From assembly GCA_022563315.1 (NCBI GenBank), contig JADFNO010000001.1, positions 2,503 to 66,502 of the forward strand: a DNA stretch of 64,000 nucleotides, written 5' to 3'. Origin of the DNA: Planctomycetota bacterium (GTDB taxonomy: Bacteria; Planctomycetota; Phycisphaerae; Phycisphaerales; SM1A02). How positions within the stretch are numbered: position 1 is the first letter of the stretch; each line of letters begins with the position of its first letter. A model generated the notes under the pieces. That model was given only the letters and a program-made list of their open reading frames with translations, was not told the origin of the DNA and ran no database searches. The translations under genes and the position numbers were made by a program. Positions 1 to 10,115 of this stretch are shown one piece after another.

Positions 1-1597
1 GCTTTACATGCCTACAACCGATCCCGGCATCAGTGCGATGAAGGCGCGGGAACTCCTCCAGCAAACCGACAAGCTCATCATGCAGTTCCCGGAGGTGCAG
101 TACGTCTTTGGCAAGATCGGACGAGCCGAAACCGCGACTGATCCCGCTCCCCTGCCGATGATCGAAACCACGATCACCCTGCATCGTGACAAGAGCAAGT
201 GGCGGCAGGTGCCGCTGCGACGCTTCTATGACTCGTGGCCTGAATTCGTCAAACCGGTGCTGCGCAAGATCTGGCCCAAGAGCCGTCCCATCACGCTTGA
301 TGAGCTCCGCTACGGCTACGACTGGCCGGATGGAACGCATGTGCCCGGCCTCAACGAAATCATTCAGATTCCTGGACTGACCAATTCCTGGACAATGCCC
401 ATCAAGACGCGGATCGACATGCTCTCTACCGGCATCAAGACGCCGGTCGGCATCAAGATCATGGGATCTGATTTGAGCATCCTCGCGCAGATCAGCGAGC
501 GTGTCGCACAGGTTGTCAAGACGGCCGAGGGTGTCGGCGCTTACACCGTCAGTGCGTTCCCCGAGAAGAGCGTGGGGGGCAACTACCTTGATATCATCAT
601 CGACCGGGACAAGATCGCTCGCTACGCGCTAACGATCGGCGACGTTCAGGACGTGATCATGAGCGCCATGGGCGGGATGAACGTCACCTACACCGTTGAA
701 GGCCTCGAGCGCTATCCGGTCAACGTCAGGTATCCGCATGAATTGCGAGACAACCTGCCCGCGCTGAGGCAGACGCTTGTCGCAACCCCGAGCGGGGCGC
801 AGGTTCCGCTGGGTCAGCTCGCATCAATCAACATCCACAAGGGTCCGCCGCTCGTCAAGAGCGAGAACGCCCGGCTGACCAGTTGGGTCTACGTGGACAT
901 TGCTGGGATCGACGTCGGCACCTACGTCGCCAACGCTCAGCGGGCCGTGAAGGAATCCGTCGAACTTCCCGAAGGATACACGATCATTTGGTCCGGACAA
1001 TACGAATACATGCAAGCGGCCCGGGCCCGGCTGATGATCGTCGTGCCCATGGCCCTCGTGATCATCATTCTGCTGCTTTATATGGCGACGGTGAGTTGGT
1101 TGCGCGTGGCCATCATCATACTCACGTTGCCGTTCAGCCTGGTGGGCGCGATCTGGCTGCTCCATTTCCTTGACTACAACCTCTCGCTCGCCGTGTGGGT
1201 AGGCGTCATCGCGCTCGCCGGCTTAGCGGTGGAAACGGGGATCGTGATGCTGTTGTACCTCGACACCAGCTTTGAGCGCTTCCAAAGTGAGGGGCGCATG
1301 CGAAATACGGACGATCTCTGGCACGCGGTCCACGACGGCGCCGTGAAGCGCATACGCCCCAAGACGATGACGGTGTGTGCGACCTTCGTCGGCCTGTTGC
1401 CGGTGCTCTGGTCCACCGGCGCCGGCGCGGACACGATGCGGCGATTGGCGGTGCCCATGATCGGCGGCGTCACCACGAGCTTTATCCTCGAGCTGTTGAT
1501 CTTCCCCGTGATTTTCTATATCGCCAAGCGGATCGCCATGCACAGCGAGTTCCGCAAGTTTGCGAGCGAGCAATCAAAATTGGAGGCGGTCGCTTGA
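1..1597 (+). CDS. Heavy-metal efflux RND permease, CusA/CzcA family (C-terminal ~530 aa; 5' end outside window)
   Basis: ORF 8..1597 is the only long motif-bearing ORF here and begins within a few nt of the window edge. The translation shows a periplasmic porter segment followed by C-terminal TM helices typical of CusA/CzcA pumps ('GRAETATDPAPLPMIETTITL', 'IIWSGQYEYMQAARARL', 'VIALAGLAVETGIVMLLY'). Confidence 0.85.
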   Translation, partial: LYMPTTDPGISAMKARELLQQTDKLIMQFPEVQYVFGKIGRAETATDPAPLPMIETTITLHRDKSKWRQVPLRRFYDSWPEFVKPVLRKIWPKSRPITLDELRYGYDWPDGTHVPGLNEIIQIPGLTNSWTMPIKTRIDMLSTGIKTPVGIKIMGSDLSILAQISERVAQVVKTAEGVGAYTVSAFPEKSVGGNYLDIIIDRDKIARYALTIGDVQDVIMSAMGGMNVTYTVEGLERYPVNVRYPHELRDNLPALRQTLVATPSGAQVPLGQLASINIHKGPPLVKSENARLTSWVYVDIAGIDVGTYVANAQRAVKESVELPEGYTIIWSGQYEYMQAARARLMIVVPMALVIIILLLYMATVSWLRVAIIILTLPFSLVGAIWLLHFLDYNLSLAVWVGVIALAGLAVETGIVMLLYLDTSFERFQSEGRMRNTDDLWHAVHDGAVKRIRPKTMTVCATFVGLLPVLWSTGAGADTMRRLAVPMIGGVTTSFILELLIFPVIFYIAKRIAMHSEFRKFASEQSKLEAVA

Positions 1598-1974
1598 GAG
1601 CGGATCAGCAGATGATCGAGAAGAAGATCGCGCTCGATGAGGCGGCATGCTGAAGTTCTACACCTAGATGACCGCGTGAATGCTCGATTGAGTATTGAAA
1701 CACAGCACGAGTCCGTTTGGGATCTGTTGGTCACATCAAACGAACAGTCCGATAATCCGCTTGCACGGTTTCTATTCGATCGATCGGGCTCGCCGGTGCG
1801 ATGGCTTCGCGAAGCGACAGCCGAGCCGTCCGCCCAGAGCCGCCGAGTGCTGGGGCGGCTGCCGGCTTCCAGCGTAAATCATCGTGCTAGAAGCGTCGAT
1901 AAGAACTTGGGGTAACCGGTCTGTTATCGCGCTTCTGTGTACCGAGGGATACGTCCCGTAACGCGAGAGCCATT

Positions 1975-2394
1975 ATGAACGGCAAGACGATTCTCGTTGT
2001 GGATGACGAGCCACCAATCAGGTATATGCTGGATCTCAAGCTCCGCCAGGCCGGCTTCTCAGTCATCAGCGCCAGTAATGGCCAGGAAGGCTACACGCTG
2101 GCCTGCGAGCATCGACCCGACCTGGTCGTGAGCGATTACCAGATGCCGGTGATGGACGGCCTGGAGTTTTGTCAGCAGCTGGCAGCCGATCCCGAGACGG
2201 GAGGGATTCCCGTGGTAATGCTGACGGCCCGTGGTCACAAAGTACCGCCAGCCGAGCTCGAGCGGACGAATATCAAATGCTTTCTCGACAAGCCATTCAG
2301 TCCGCGCCACTTGATCGTGCAGATCAAGGAGCTGTTGCAGCTCCCATCAGACGAGAGCAATCCGGTCGATGACGCGGGTTTGAGTGCGGCGTGA
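1975..2394 (+). CDS. Stand-alone response-regulator receiver (CheY-like)
   Basis: 139 aa with 'ILVVDDEPPIR', 'DLVVSDYQMPVMDG', 'MLTARG' and 'LDKPF' receiver signatures and no output domain. Its stop overlaps the next gene's start (GTGA at 2391-2394). Confidence 0.9.
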   Translation: MNGKTILVVDDEPPIRYMLDLKLRQAGFSVISASNGQEGYTLACEHRPDLVVSDYQMPVMDGLEFCQQLAADPETGGIPVVMLTARGHKVPPAELERTNIKCFLDKPFSPRHLIVQIKELLQLPSDESNPVDDAGLSAA

Positions 2395-4010
2395 TGAGCG
2401 GCGCAACTCCGGACAATCCGCTAGCGGCAACGCAACTGCTTTCCGATCGCTGCGCCGAACTGGGTTTGCCGGTGTGGGGTCTCGACGCGCGCGGCGCCAT
2501 TCTCCAGTCGCCCGAGGGCTTTGGCCCGGCTGATCCTTGGCTGCGATCTGGGCTCCTGGGAGATCTAATCCGCAGCGCGGTCACGGCGTCCAGGGCTGGC
2601 GACGACGCGCCTCCGATTGATCTCATTCCCGGGTGTTGGCTCGTGCCGGTCGTCACGGAGCCTTCACAGCCGGAGGCGGGCGTGACAATAATCATGGCTC
2701 TGGGTGAGGCGATCTTCGACACCGAGCAATTCCAAGCCATCTGCGCTTCGTCGCAGCTCGATCCCGAAGAAACGAAAGTCGCCCTGGCGCCGTGCGCTCG
2801 CTATCGCCGAGCTGATCTTGAATATCTCATCCCAATGTTGCAGTGGATGCACGCAGACCTTGATAAAGCGGTCGCAAACCATGGTGCGTTGCGTGACTTC
2901 AGCGGACAACTTGCCCACGCGTTCGAGCAGATCAGCCTCCTGTACCGGCTGGGACGATCGATGCATGGTCTCGCTGATCCCGTCGAGTTCATCAGGATGA
3001 CGTGCGCACTCCTGCGTGAAACACTGGACTTCGAGTGGGTTGCGGTGAAGTTGGCCTCTGATGGGCCGGTGCCGGAAATCGTCGACGCACTCGTTTGCTC
3101 GGGCGATTTTTCGGCCGATCAGAATAAGTTTGGAGCACTCACGGCACAGCTTATTGCCGAGCTTGACACGGATCAGTGGACAAAGCTACTCGAGTGCAAC
3201 GAGAGTGAGTTGGCGGCGCACGTCAAGTCCCAGGTGGTGGTGGAACCGATCGTATGTGCCGACAAGGTAATCGGGCTCTTGCTGGCGGGCGACAAGCGCG
3301 GCCCAGATTCAGAAGTCACGAGTGTCGAGACGCAACTGCTCGACGCCGCGGCTGACTATCTCAGCGCCTTTCTCCACAACGTCGCCATGTACGTCGAGCA
3401 ACGAGCGTTGTTCATGGGAACGCTGAAGGCGCTGACAGCGGCGATCGATGCCAAAGACCCTTACACCTTCGGTCACTCCGAGCGGGTGGCGCTGCTCGGC
3501 TCGCAGCTTGCACGAGCTTGCGGTATGGACGACGCACAGGCAGAGCGGGTGCGGATCGCAGGGTTGGTGCACGATGTAGGCAAGATCGGCGTGCCTGAAG
3601 CCGTGCTCGGGAAGCCCGGCAAGCTTACCGAGGCCGAGTTCGAGCTCATCAAGCGTCACCCCAGGATTGGATACGACATACTCAAGGACATCAACCTCTT
3701 GGAGGATGTCTTGCCCGGTGTGTTGCACCACCATGAACGGGTGGACGGCAAAGGCTACCCCGAGGGGCTCAGCGGAGAGAACATTCCACTGTTAGGTCGG
3801 CTCCTGGCGGTCCCTGACGCCTTCGACGCGATGAGTTCGGATCGACCGTATCGATCGGCCATGACGCGCCAACGAGTGCTCAACGAGATCGCCGATTGCA
3901 CCGGCGCACAATTCGACCCGAATTTTGCCGACGTCTTTCTGACACTGGATCTCACCGAATACGACGCGCTGGTCGCAAGCCACCGGGCGCAGGAGTCCGA
4001 GGCCGCTTGA
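2391..4010 (+). CDS. GAF + HD-GYP domain protein (putative c-di-GMP phosphodiesterase)
   Basis: 'GHSERVALL...GLVHDVGKIGVPEAVL...HHHERVDGKGYPEGL...DAFDAMSSDRPYR' is a complete HD-GYP signature. It is preceded by a GAF-like segment and a ~150-aa N-terminal region. Paralogous to 29800..31452. Confidence 0.9.
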   Translation: MMSGATPDNPLAATQLLSDRCAELGLPVWGLDARGAILQSPEGFGPADPWLRSGLLGDLIRSAVTASRAGDDAPPIDLIPGCWLVPVVTEPSQPEAGVTIIMALGEAIFDTEQFQAICASSQLDPEETKVALAPCARYRRADLEYLIPMLQWMHADLDKAVANHGALRDFSGQLAHAFEQISLLYRLGRSMHGLADPVEFIRMTCALLRETLDFEWVAVKLASDGPVPEIVDALVCSGDFSADQNKFGALTAQLIAELDTDQWTKLLECNESELAAHVKSQVVVEPIVCADKVIGLLLAGDKRGPDSEVTSVETQLLDAAADYLSAFLHNVAMYVEQRALFMGTLKALTAAIDAKDPYTFGHSERVALLGSQLARACGMDDAQAERVRIAGLVHDVGKIGVPEAVLGKPGKLTEAEFELIKRHPRIGYDILKDINLLEDVLPGVLHHHERVDGKGYPEGLSGENIPLLGRLLAVPDAFDAMSSDRPYRSAMTRQRVLNEIADCTGAQFDPNFADVFLTLDLTEYDALVASHRAQESEAA

Positions 4011-4037
4011 CGCCTACCAATCGGGCGGGGATGGCGC

Positions 4038-5789
4038 TCAGTCCACGATGCGCCTCCAGCTCCCAGTTTCGAGCACCATTCTCGGCTGCGTACCGCCAAA
4101 ACCCGGCGGGGGCTTGTCAACGTAGGTCGAGCGGTAACGAAGATCCAGGTCGCTACTCCGAACCAGGACATCCTCTTCCGCGACCACGACGCCGTCAATG
4201 ATGGGATGGTTCTGGAAAACTATCGTTGTTGCGGAGTAGACGAGCCCCTTGATCATCGATGGATATGCATCGAGTACGTCGAGGTTCTCCGACCCCAGTG
4301 GATAGGGATATGGCGTGCCCGGCGGGTTGAAGTTCTCATTGAGCGAACTCTCACTCAGACCGGTCGTTCCGATCCCGATGATGATCTGGTCGTCCACCAA
4401 GAGCGCCGGGTAGTTCGCCACGGCAGGTTCCCACGAGACCGATCCTTGGACCGCTGAGCCTGATCCGGGATCGATCATCACCAGCGTGCCGACAATTCGG
4501 CAGTCTTCAATAAAGACTTTCTTTCCCAGGCAATCAAGTACGTAGATGCCCTGCGGGTTCGTGACTCCGGTTCCGAACGGATTGTTAGAGGGACTAAGAA
4601 CCGTGTGTCTGATGCGGCGGTCACTGGTAAGACCAAGCTCGATCAGCACGGCGTCATCGATTCTGAAACTCTCCAGGCTGGTGTCGGTTTCGACATACAT
4701 CACGGCCGATTCCAACGTGCCGACCCAAGCAAGCGTAAAGTCGCCTTGGAGTCGCTTCCATTTCCCACCAGCCGTCTGTGGTGCCGTGGACCAATAGGAA
4801 AACTTAGGTAACGAGATCGCTGTCTCTTTGTATTCGATCCTGACCGTGATCTTGATGCCGGAAACGTTCACATCCACCTTCTGAGCCTGCGCCTCGACGT
4901 GATAGGTCGCGCCGCTTACGATCTGATCCGTGATGTCATGCGCCGGCCCGGCCCAAGGTGCAGTGCGGTTCGACACCAACAGCGAGGAAGAACCGGTCTT
5001 GGCCTTGGACGAGTCCACGGCGATATCGCACCCGCTATTGAACGGATACCAGTCTGTCGTGCCCGATTCAAAACCCGGATTCGTCAGGAGATTGACCCCG
5101 CCGATGAACAGGTCGTTGTAGTTGATGGGCGTACCGTTGGCGATGTAATAGTCCAGAGCGGTATCTGGGTCCGGCATCTCGCGCTCCGGCACGTTCCTGA
5201 CGACGCTGCCAAAGTACGTACCGCCAACGACATTGCCCGCGGCTTGCGCGTCAGCGTAAATCTCCGTGTTCCCCTGACCGTCGATGTCGCCGTTCGCGCT
5301 GATCGTCTGATTGCTGTTAATCGTGACGTCTTTCATGATGATGTCATCGCCGGCGTGCAACGACACCTCAACCGCGCCCAGCCCCGTCCTCGGCTCCAGC
5401 GTCACCTGTAGTTTATGCCGTGACTGACCTTTGATGCCGGTCGCGGTCAGGATGACCGGATCGTCCGGAGAATCGGTGATATCGTCATCGACGGGGTCGA
5501 ATGCCTCAAGGGAGAATGTTCCACTTCCCATCGGCACGTTGTCGGCCCAGAGCCCGTTCCCTTTTTTCGTCCGCCAGTTCGGATCCTGCTGAATCCACAG
5601 CAAGCCCATCTCGATCCCCGAGCGGGCAAAAAGTCGTGCTTGAGCCGAATCATTGGTGTTTGCCGCCGCCCGCAGTTGCACGCGCATGACGAGCAGCGCC
5701 GACAGGCCGATCACAGTCACGATCATGGACGTCATGAGGACGATCAGATAGACGCTGCCACGGCGATGCGGGATGAGGGAATGTCCCAT
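4038..5789 (-). CDS. GspK/PilX-like minor pseudopilin with inserted CBM4_9-like carbohydrate-binding module
   Basis: The N-terminus 'RRGSVYLIVLMTSMIVTVIGLSALLV' resembles GspK. Residues ~232-383 ('NLLTNPGFESGTTDWYPF...SLLVSNRTAPWAGP...ATYHVEAQA...FRIDDAVL') look like a CBM4_9 jelly roll. It is the last gene of the cluster-1 operon. Confidence 0.6.
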   Translation of the reverse strand: MGHSLIPHRRGSVYLIVLMTSMIVTVIGLSALLVMRVQLRAAANTNDSAQARLFARSGIEMGLLWIQQDPNWRTKKGNGLWADNVPMGSGTFSLEAFDPVDDDITDSPDDPVILTATGIKGQSRHKLQVTLEPRTGLGAVEVSLHAGDDIIMKDVTINSNQTISANGDIDGQGNTEIYADAQAAGNVVGGTYFGSVVRNVPEREMPDPDTALDYYIANGTPINYNDLFIGGVNLLTNPGFESGTTDWYPFNSGCDIAVDSSKAKTGSSSLLVSNRTAPWAGPAHDITDQIVSGATYHVEAQAQKVDVNVSGIKITVRIEYKETAISLPKFSYWSTAPQTAGGKWKRLQGDFTLAWVGTLESAVMYVETDTSLESFRIDDAVLIELGLTSDRRIRHTVLSPSNNPFGTGVTNPQGIYVLDCLGKKVFIEDCRIVGTLVMIDPGSGSAVQGSVSWEPAVANYPALLVDDQIIIGIGTTGLSESSLNENFNPPGTPYPYPLGSENLDVLDAYPSMIKGLVYSATTIVFQNHPIIDGVVVAEEDVLVRSSDLDLRYRSTYVDKPPPGFGGTQPRMVLETGSWRRIVD

Positions 5790-5793
5790 GTTG

Positions 5794-6609
5794 TTAGTCC
5801 ACTTCGATCGTCAAAGAATCAGTATCAATGCCGCCTTGGCCGTCGGAGACCGTGAGGATGGCGGTGTACAACCCCGTGTTCTGATAGGTGTGGTTGATCG
5901 TGATTCCGCTGCCGGAAGTGCCGTCGCCGAAGACCCAGAAGTACACGAGCAGGTCGCCGTCCGGATCGGTGGAAGCGCCGGCGTCGAACGTCACCGTATC
6001 TCCGCCTTCAATCGATACCGGATTGGCAGAGGCTGAAGCGATCGGCGGGCGGTTGCCCGCGATTGCGATGGAATCCGAAACTGTGCTCCTCCAGGCTGCG
6101 GTTCGAAACGCAATGAGCGTCGCAGCCGGTTCGGCGCCCCTTGCAGCCGTCACCGTGATACGCTTGATTCCCGTGGGCGATGACGCGGGTTTCTGAAGAT
6201 CGTTCGGATCGATCCACTGGACCGCAACGCTTCGGGTCCATCCGTTGTAGCCGATGATCGGCGAACCATTCTTGAGTTGCGGCGGCGCAGCCGTCCAACC
6301 GTGATAGTCATCCACATCGTCAAACGCGCTGCGCGAGGGGCCGCTTTCCGATCCTTCCACGCCGAACGAAGGCAGATCGATAGGCTCCTCGTATTCCTGT
6401 TCCAGAATCTCGCTCATTAGATCATATGCAAGTTGTTGCCCCCGGCCGTGATCAGACATGATCAGTTGTATGGTCTTGGATGTCCCCAAGGTGTTCATCG
6501 CGGACACAAGCAGGACGCTCACGAGAACAACGCTGATGACGGCCTCGATCAAGGTGAACGCGCGATTCGCGGTTCCTAAACAGCGCGGAGCTCCGTGGAA
6601 ACGATTCAT
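5794..6609 (-). CDS. Prepilin-type N-terminal cleavage/methylation protein with C-terminal PKD domain
   Basis: 'NRAFTLIEAVISVVLVSVLLVSA' is a prepilin motif. The C-terminus 'VTFDAGASTDPDGDLLVYFWVFGDGTSGSGITINHTYQNTGLYTAILTVSDGQGG' is a PKD signature. It overlaps the upstream gene by 4 nt. Confidence 0.8.
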   Translation of the reverse strand: MNRFHGAPRCLGTANRAFTLIEAVISVVLVSVLLVSAMNTLGTSKTIQLIMSDHGRGQQLAYDLMSEILEQEYEEPIDLPSFGVEGSESGPSRSAFDDVDDYHGWTAAPPQLKNGSPIIGYNGWTRSVAVQWIDPNDLQKPASSPTGIKRITVTAARGAEPAATLIAFRTAAWRSTVSDSIAIAGNRPPIASASANPVSIEGGDTVTFDAGASTDPDGDLLVYFWVFGDGTSGSGITINHTYQNTGLYTAILTVSDGQGGIDTDSLTIEVD

Positions 6610-8288
6610 AGTGTGGACGCCACAACGAGGATACAGACGGAGTCGAACTCAGCATCGGCGCCGGACTCCCCGATCTGGGCATACCGCGCCGTATTGCTTG
6701 CGCCCGTGTACTTCCAGTACAGGTGCGTTGCCTTGTACACGCCGTTCACGAAGACAGCCACCGTATCGTTTTCCGGATCAAGAATGAGGCGCAGATCAAC
6801 GAACTCGCGAGGCAGGCCTTTCACTCGGACGAACGTCTCCGCGGTCGTGGCGTTCAGATAGTGAGCCGCCTTGAGCGTCTGCGTGCCATCGTCTTCCAAC
6901 ACGATCGACGCGCTGATCCTGGCCGACGTCGTATCAACACGGTCGAAGTAGATGTCGAATACTGCACCAGACGCACCGTCGGCGATGGTGTCGCGGAACC
7001 GAATGTTCGCGACGGTCAGTTCGACGAAATCGTTGTCGGGGTAGGTTCGCAGTTGTGTGGTGGTCCCGACCTTCCACGTTCCGCCCCCAAGCTCGGTCGT
7101 ATCGAACACGCTTCCGTCGATCGTTCGCCAATCGGGAACGCCATCCGCATCAACGTCCATGGCGGTCGGGTCAGTGTCAAAGTCAGTCTCCCACCGCGCC
7201 GAGAGCAGCGCCGGCGCATTGAGCGTCTGGATGGACGTCTGCGTACGAGGGGCGTCCGGGCTGCCGGCTTGGAGTGTCACTCGCACCAACTTCAGGAAAC
7301 CGCTCGTGGCGTACTGCGACGGGCCGGGTCGGGTGATCTTCCCGTAGAGTTGGCAGATCATCGACCGCCCACTGTCGTACGTCCAGGACGCACCGCCATC
7401 GAGCGTCCGAAGGCGACCTGATCCACTGTCGTCGTCGTATTGGATCGTGACTGAACTTATGCCGCTGTTGTGCTCGAGCACAAGGCAGATTCCCTCCTCG
7501 GGCATGCGCCATCCTTCTGCACCGAACGAATATTCGTGCCACGTGAAAGCGGCGGGATCGAGTTGCAACTGATTCAACGGGAACTGCTCCAGTACCGTGT
7601 CGGTGGGCTGCAGATTCGCGTCGGCGGGACGGATCTGAACCTTCGCGGATCCTGGACTCGAGGCTTGCTTCGCTTTGAACTTGATTCGCGTCGGCCGCCA
7701 ACTCATAGCGATGCCGGGTAGATCGGGAGCGAAGTACTGCCCGATCCAATCAGAGGCGGTCACCGCAAACGCCTTGAGCCCGCTGGTGTCTGTGTAATCG
7801 ACCATCAACGAATCGAAGGCATCCTCCACGCCGGCGCCGGGATAGGATTCCGTCGTGCTTTGGATGTCGTAAACGAGATTGAACAGATTGACATCAGCGA
7901 GGAATGGCACCTCCGGTCGGCTGTTGTATTGCCTTATCAGCGGATCACCTGCGATTCCGGTCCATGCGTAGCGGATTCGTTCGGAGATCCCGTTGCCGTC
8001 ACGATCGGGCACAGTGAAGGTGAGCGACGTCTGCGATCGCTCGGCAATGGAGAGCGCGGTCTCGAGCTCGTTTACGATTTGATCAAGCGCCGTGCCGGCC
8101 TCAACGGACTTGATAAGAGGGCTGTCGTTGTTAGGGAGAGCATGGCTTGCCAGCACGATCGACGAACCTATGCCGACGAGCAGAATCGAGAGAATGGCCA
8201 GGCTCACAGTCAGTTCGATGAGTGTAAACCCCCGCCGTGGCCGTCCGGGCGGTACCCAGATCGATGAGTGACCAGACTGACGAGCCAT
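6606..8288 (-). CDS. Large prepilin-type minor pseudopilin (GspJ/PulJ-like N-terminus, LamG/ConA-like C-terminal region suspected)
   Basis: 'RRGFTLIELTVSLAILSILLVGIG' is a prepilin motif and 'SLTFTVPDRDGNGISERIRYAW' is PulJ-like. At 560 aa it is far larger than canonical minor pseudopilins. Confidence 0.75.
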   Translation of the reverse strand: MARQSGHSSIWVPPGRPRRGFTLIELTVSLAILSILLVGIGSSIVLASHALPNNDSPLIKSVEAGTALDQIVNELETALSIAERSQTSLTFTVPDRDGNGISERIRYAWTGIAGDPLIRQYNSRPEVPFLADVNLFNLVYDIQSTTESYPGAGVEDAFDSLMVDYTDTSGLKAFAVTASDWIGQYFAPDLPGIAMSWRPTRIKFKAKQASSPGSAKVQIRPADANLQPTDTVLEQFPLNQLQLDPAAFTWHEYSFGAEGWRMPEEGICLVLEHNSGISSVTIQYDDDSGSGRLRTLDGGASWTYDSGRSMICQLYGKITRPGPSQYATSGFLKLVRVTLQAGSPDAPRTQTSIQTLNAPALLSARWETDFDTDPTAMDVDADGVPDWRTIDGSVFDTTELGGGTWKVGTTTQLRTYPDNDFVELTVANIRFRDTIADGASGAVFDIYFDRVDTTSARISASIVLEDDGTQTLKAAHYLNATTAETFVRVKGLPREFVDLRLILDPENDTVAVFVNGVYKATHLYWKYTGASNTARYAQIGESGADAEFDSVCILVVASTL

Positions 8289-8752
8289 TATTGGACCTCC
8301 GCCGATCCAGTGTCTGGGTTGATAACCACGGTCCTTGTCTCCTCGCCAACCTGCACCGTGATGACGCCGCCGCTGTCGGGTACGCCATAGCCGTCAAATG
8401 TGAGCTGCGCATCGCCGCCCATGTCCACAGAAGCGATTCGAGCCAGGTACGGCGGCTCCTGGAGCATCACGACATACGTCATGCTCTGTCCATCGAGTGC
8501 GCGAACATTTGGAATTGAATAGGCGTGATTGGTAGTATCGAAACTGATGGTTCGGCTGGAGCTTGTCGTCTTGGCGGTCTGTTGGGCAAGCCTTATATCA
8601 GCGATGATTCGTCGTGCTGCAGCCTCGGCGCGATATCGAACCAAGGCGTTGGCGTATCTGGGTGCGGCAATCGCCGCCACGATTGTGATGACGGAGAGCA
8701 CCATTACCAGATCGATGAGCGTAAAACTACGATGATGCTGAGCGCCCAACAT
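8288..8752 (-). CDS. GspH/FimT-like minor pseudopilin
   Basis: 'HHRSFTLIDLVMVLSVITIVAAIAAPRY' is a prepilin motif. 154 aa, with a 1-nt overlap with the next gene. Confidence 0.75.
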   Translation of the reverse strand: MLGAQHHRSFTLIDLVMVLSVITIVAAIAAPRYANALVRYRAEAAARRIIADIRLAQQTAKTTSSSRTISFDTTNHAYSIPNVRALDGQSMTYVVMLQEPPYLARIASVDMGGDAQLTFDGYGVPDSGGVITVQVGEETRTVVINPDTGSAEVQ

Positions 8753-8850
8753 ACCATCGCCCCTTGTCGTTGTTCCTACCGGGGCTTGTGCAGTATCGCG
8801 CCATCACCAGCCGGCGCTGACCAGAGCGCCCCGCCGTTCGATCACGTGAA

Positions 8851-9327
8851 TCAGTAGGTGTTGTACAGCTTCCCGCTGACGTCGGCCTCGGTCGTGGTGT
8901 TGGCCACGATCGTACCGCTCACGTCGTTGTAGACCCAACCAGCACCAGCCGCGCCCGCGGTGTCGGTAACGCCAACGCTACCGCGTTCCGTTCCGACGGC
9001 AAGCGGCGGAATCTTCCGGAGGTACGGACCGTAGATGAACACGCCGCCTTTGGTGGTGTTCGTGGCCCCATTGAAATCCGTAAACAACGTCATTTGGTCG
9101 ACGAAGTTGGCGAGCACCGGAAACGTTCCACCATGCTCGGTCGCGTAGATATCCAGACCGCTTCTCATCACGGCCAAGCTGCCCGACAGCGACGAATCTG
9201 CGGCGCCTGCAGCGCCACGACTCATCCGAGGAATCGCGATCGCGGCGATGATCCCGATGATCACCACGACGATGATCAGCTCAATGAGGCTGAACGCTCG
9301 TTTGACGTGCTTTCGGGAAGAACTCAT
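8851..9327 (-). CDS. Major pilin / GspG-like pseudopilin (cluster 1)
   Basis: 'KRAFSLIELIIVVVIIGIIAAIAIPRMS' is a class III signal/prepilin motif. I chose the ATG at 9327 (a GGAGG lies ~8 nt upstream); the longest ORF extends to 9390. Confidence 0.8.
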   Translation of the reverse strand: MSSSRKHVKRAFSLIELIIVVVIIGIIAAIAIPRMSRGAAGAADSSLSGSLAVMRSGLDIYATEHGGTFPVLANFVDQMTLFTDFNGATNTTKGGVFIYGPYLRKIPPLAVGTERGSVGVTDTAGAAGAGWVYNDVSGTIVANTTTEADVSGKLYNTY

Positions 9328-9516
9328 TCTCCGGCCTCCATAAGGCTTATTTGATGGGAACGACAATCCAGGCATCTGCTCGATCTCCAATTCATTATCG
9401 TCGGCTCTTGAGCGCTAGTTGAGTTGCGGTGGTGTCATGGCGCCGATGCTTGACACCTGTCAGCCACCGGGACAGGCCGATAAGTACGACTCGCTTTCGT
9501 CCGTCGAAAGCATTCG

Positions 9517-10071
9517 CTATTGCTGAGACAACTGAAGTTCGACCCGGACCCCGTTCGATTCCAGCACAGCATTACGGGCTCCCACCGAAATGAGCCGGAA
9601 GCCATCGATCTGTTGCCCGATAAACAGGCACTTGTCGTCGACGATAGCCGACCCATTGGCCCCCCCCGCCATGACGGCCATGAGACGGTGCGACCGGACG
9701 AACCTCGCGGCCGCAGAGCCGCCCACGTCCGGCTGCTGAACAACTGTGCCATCGTCATCGCCGAACCAACTCGGGGATAGCTCGAACGCGTCGCGTACGT
9801 CGGTGAGGTCCAGCGACCGAGCCTCGGCCACGGCCGAAAGGCGATCCGCGATGTTGCCGCCCTCGACTGGCAAGTCCGCCATCGCGGCGAGATCACGCCG
9901 GGCTGCGTCCAATACGGAGGTCGATGACGTCATCGCGTACTCGCTGACGGATGAATCCTGTGCTGCGGCATCGCTGGGGGCGAAGAACGTCTTATCGGCC
10001 GCAAATGCCGACAGACCGGCCACCAGCACGCATCCATAGACCTTGTGTTTTGTAGTGATAGGCATCGCCAT
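9517..10071 (-). CDS. PilP/GspC-like inner-membrane pilus assembly protein (tentative)
   Basis: One N-terminal TM helix and a C-terminal beta-rich segment ('LMAVMAGGANGSAIVDDKCLFIGQQIDGFRLISVGARNAVLE') that aligns by eye with the paralog at 37420..38043. It sits after the pilMNO-like genes. The start is uncertain (longest ORF extends to 10155). Confidence 0.45.
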   Translation of the reverse strand: MAMPITTKHKVYGCVLVAGLSAFAADKTFFAPSDAAAQDSSVSEYAMTSSTSVLDAARRDLAAMADLPVEGGNIADRLSAVAEARSLDLTDVRDAFELSPSWFGDDDGTVVQQPDVGGSAAARFVRSHRLMAVMAGGANGSAIVDDKCLFIGQQIDGFRLISVGARNAVLESNGVRVELQLSQQ

Positions 10072-10115
10072 AGACACAGACGATTCATCGCGGCCCTCTG
10101 CAAGTGATTTTTCGA

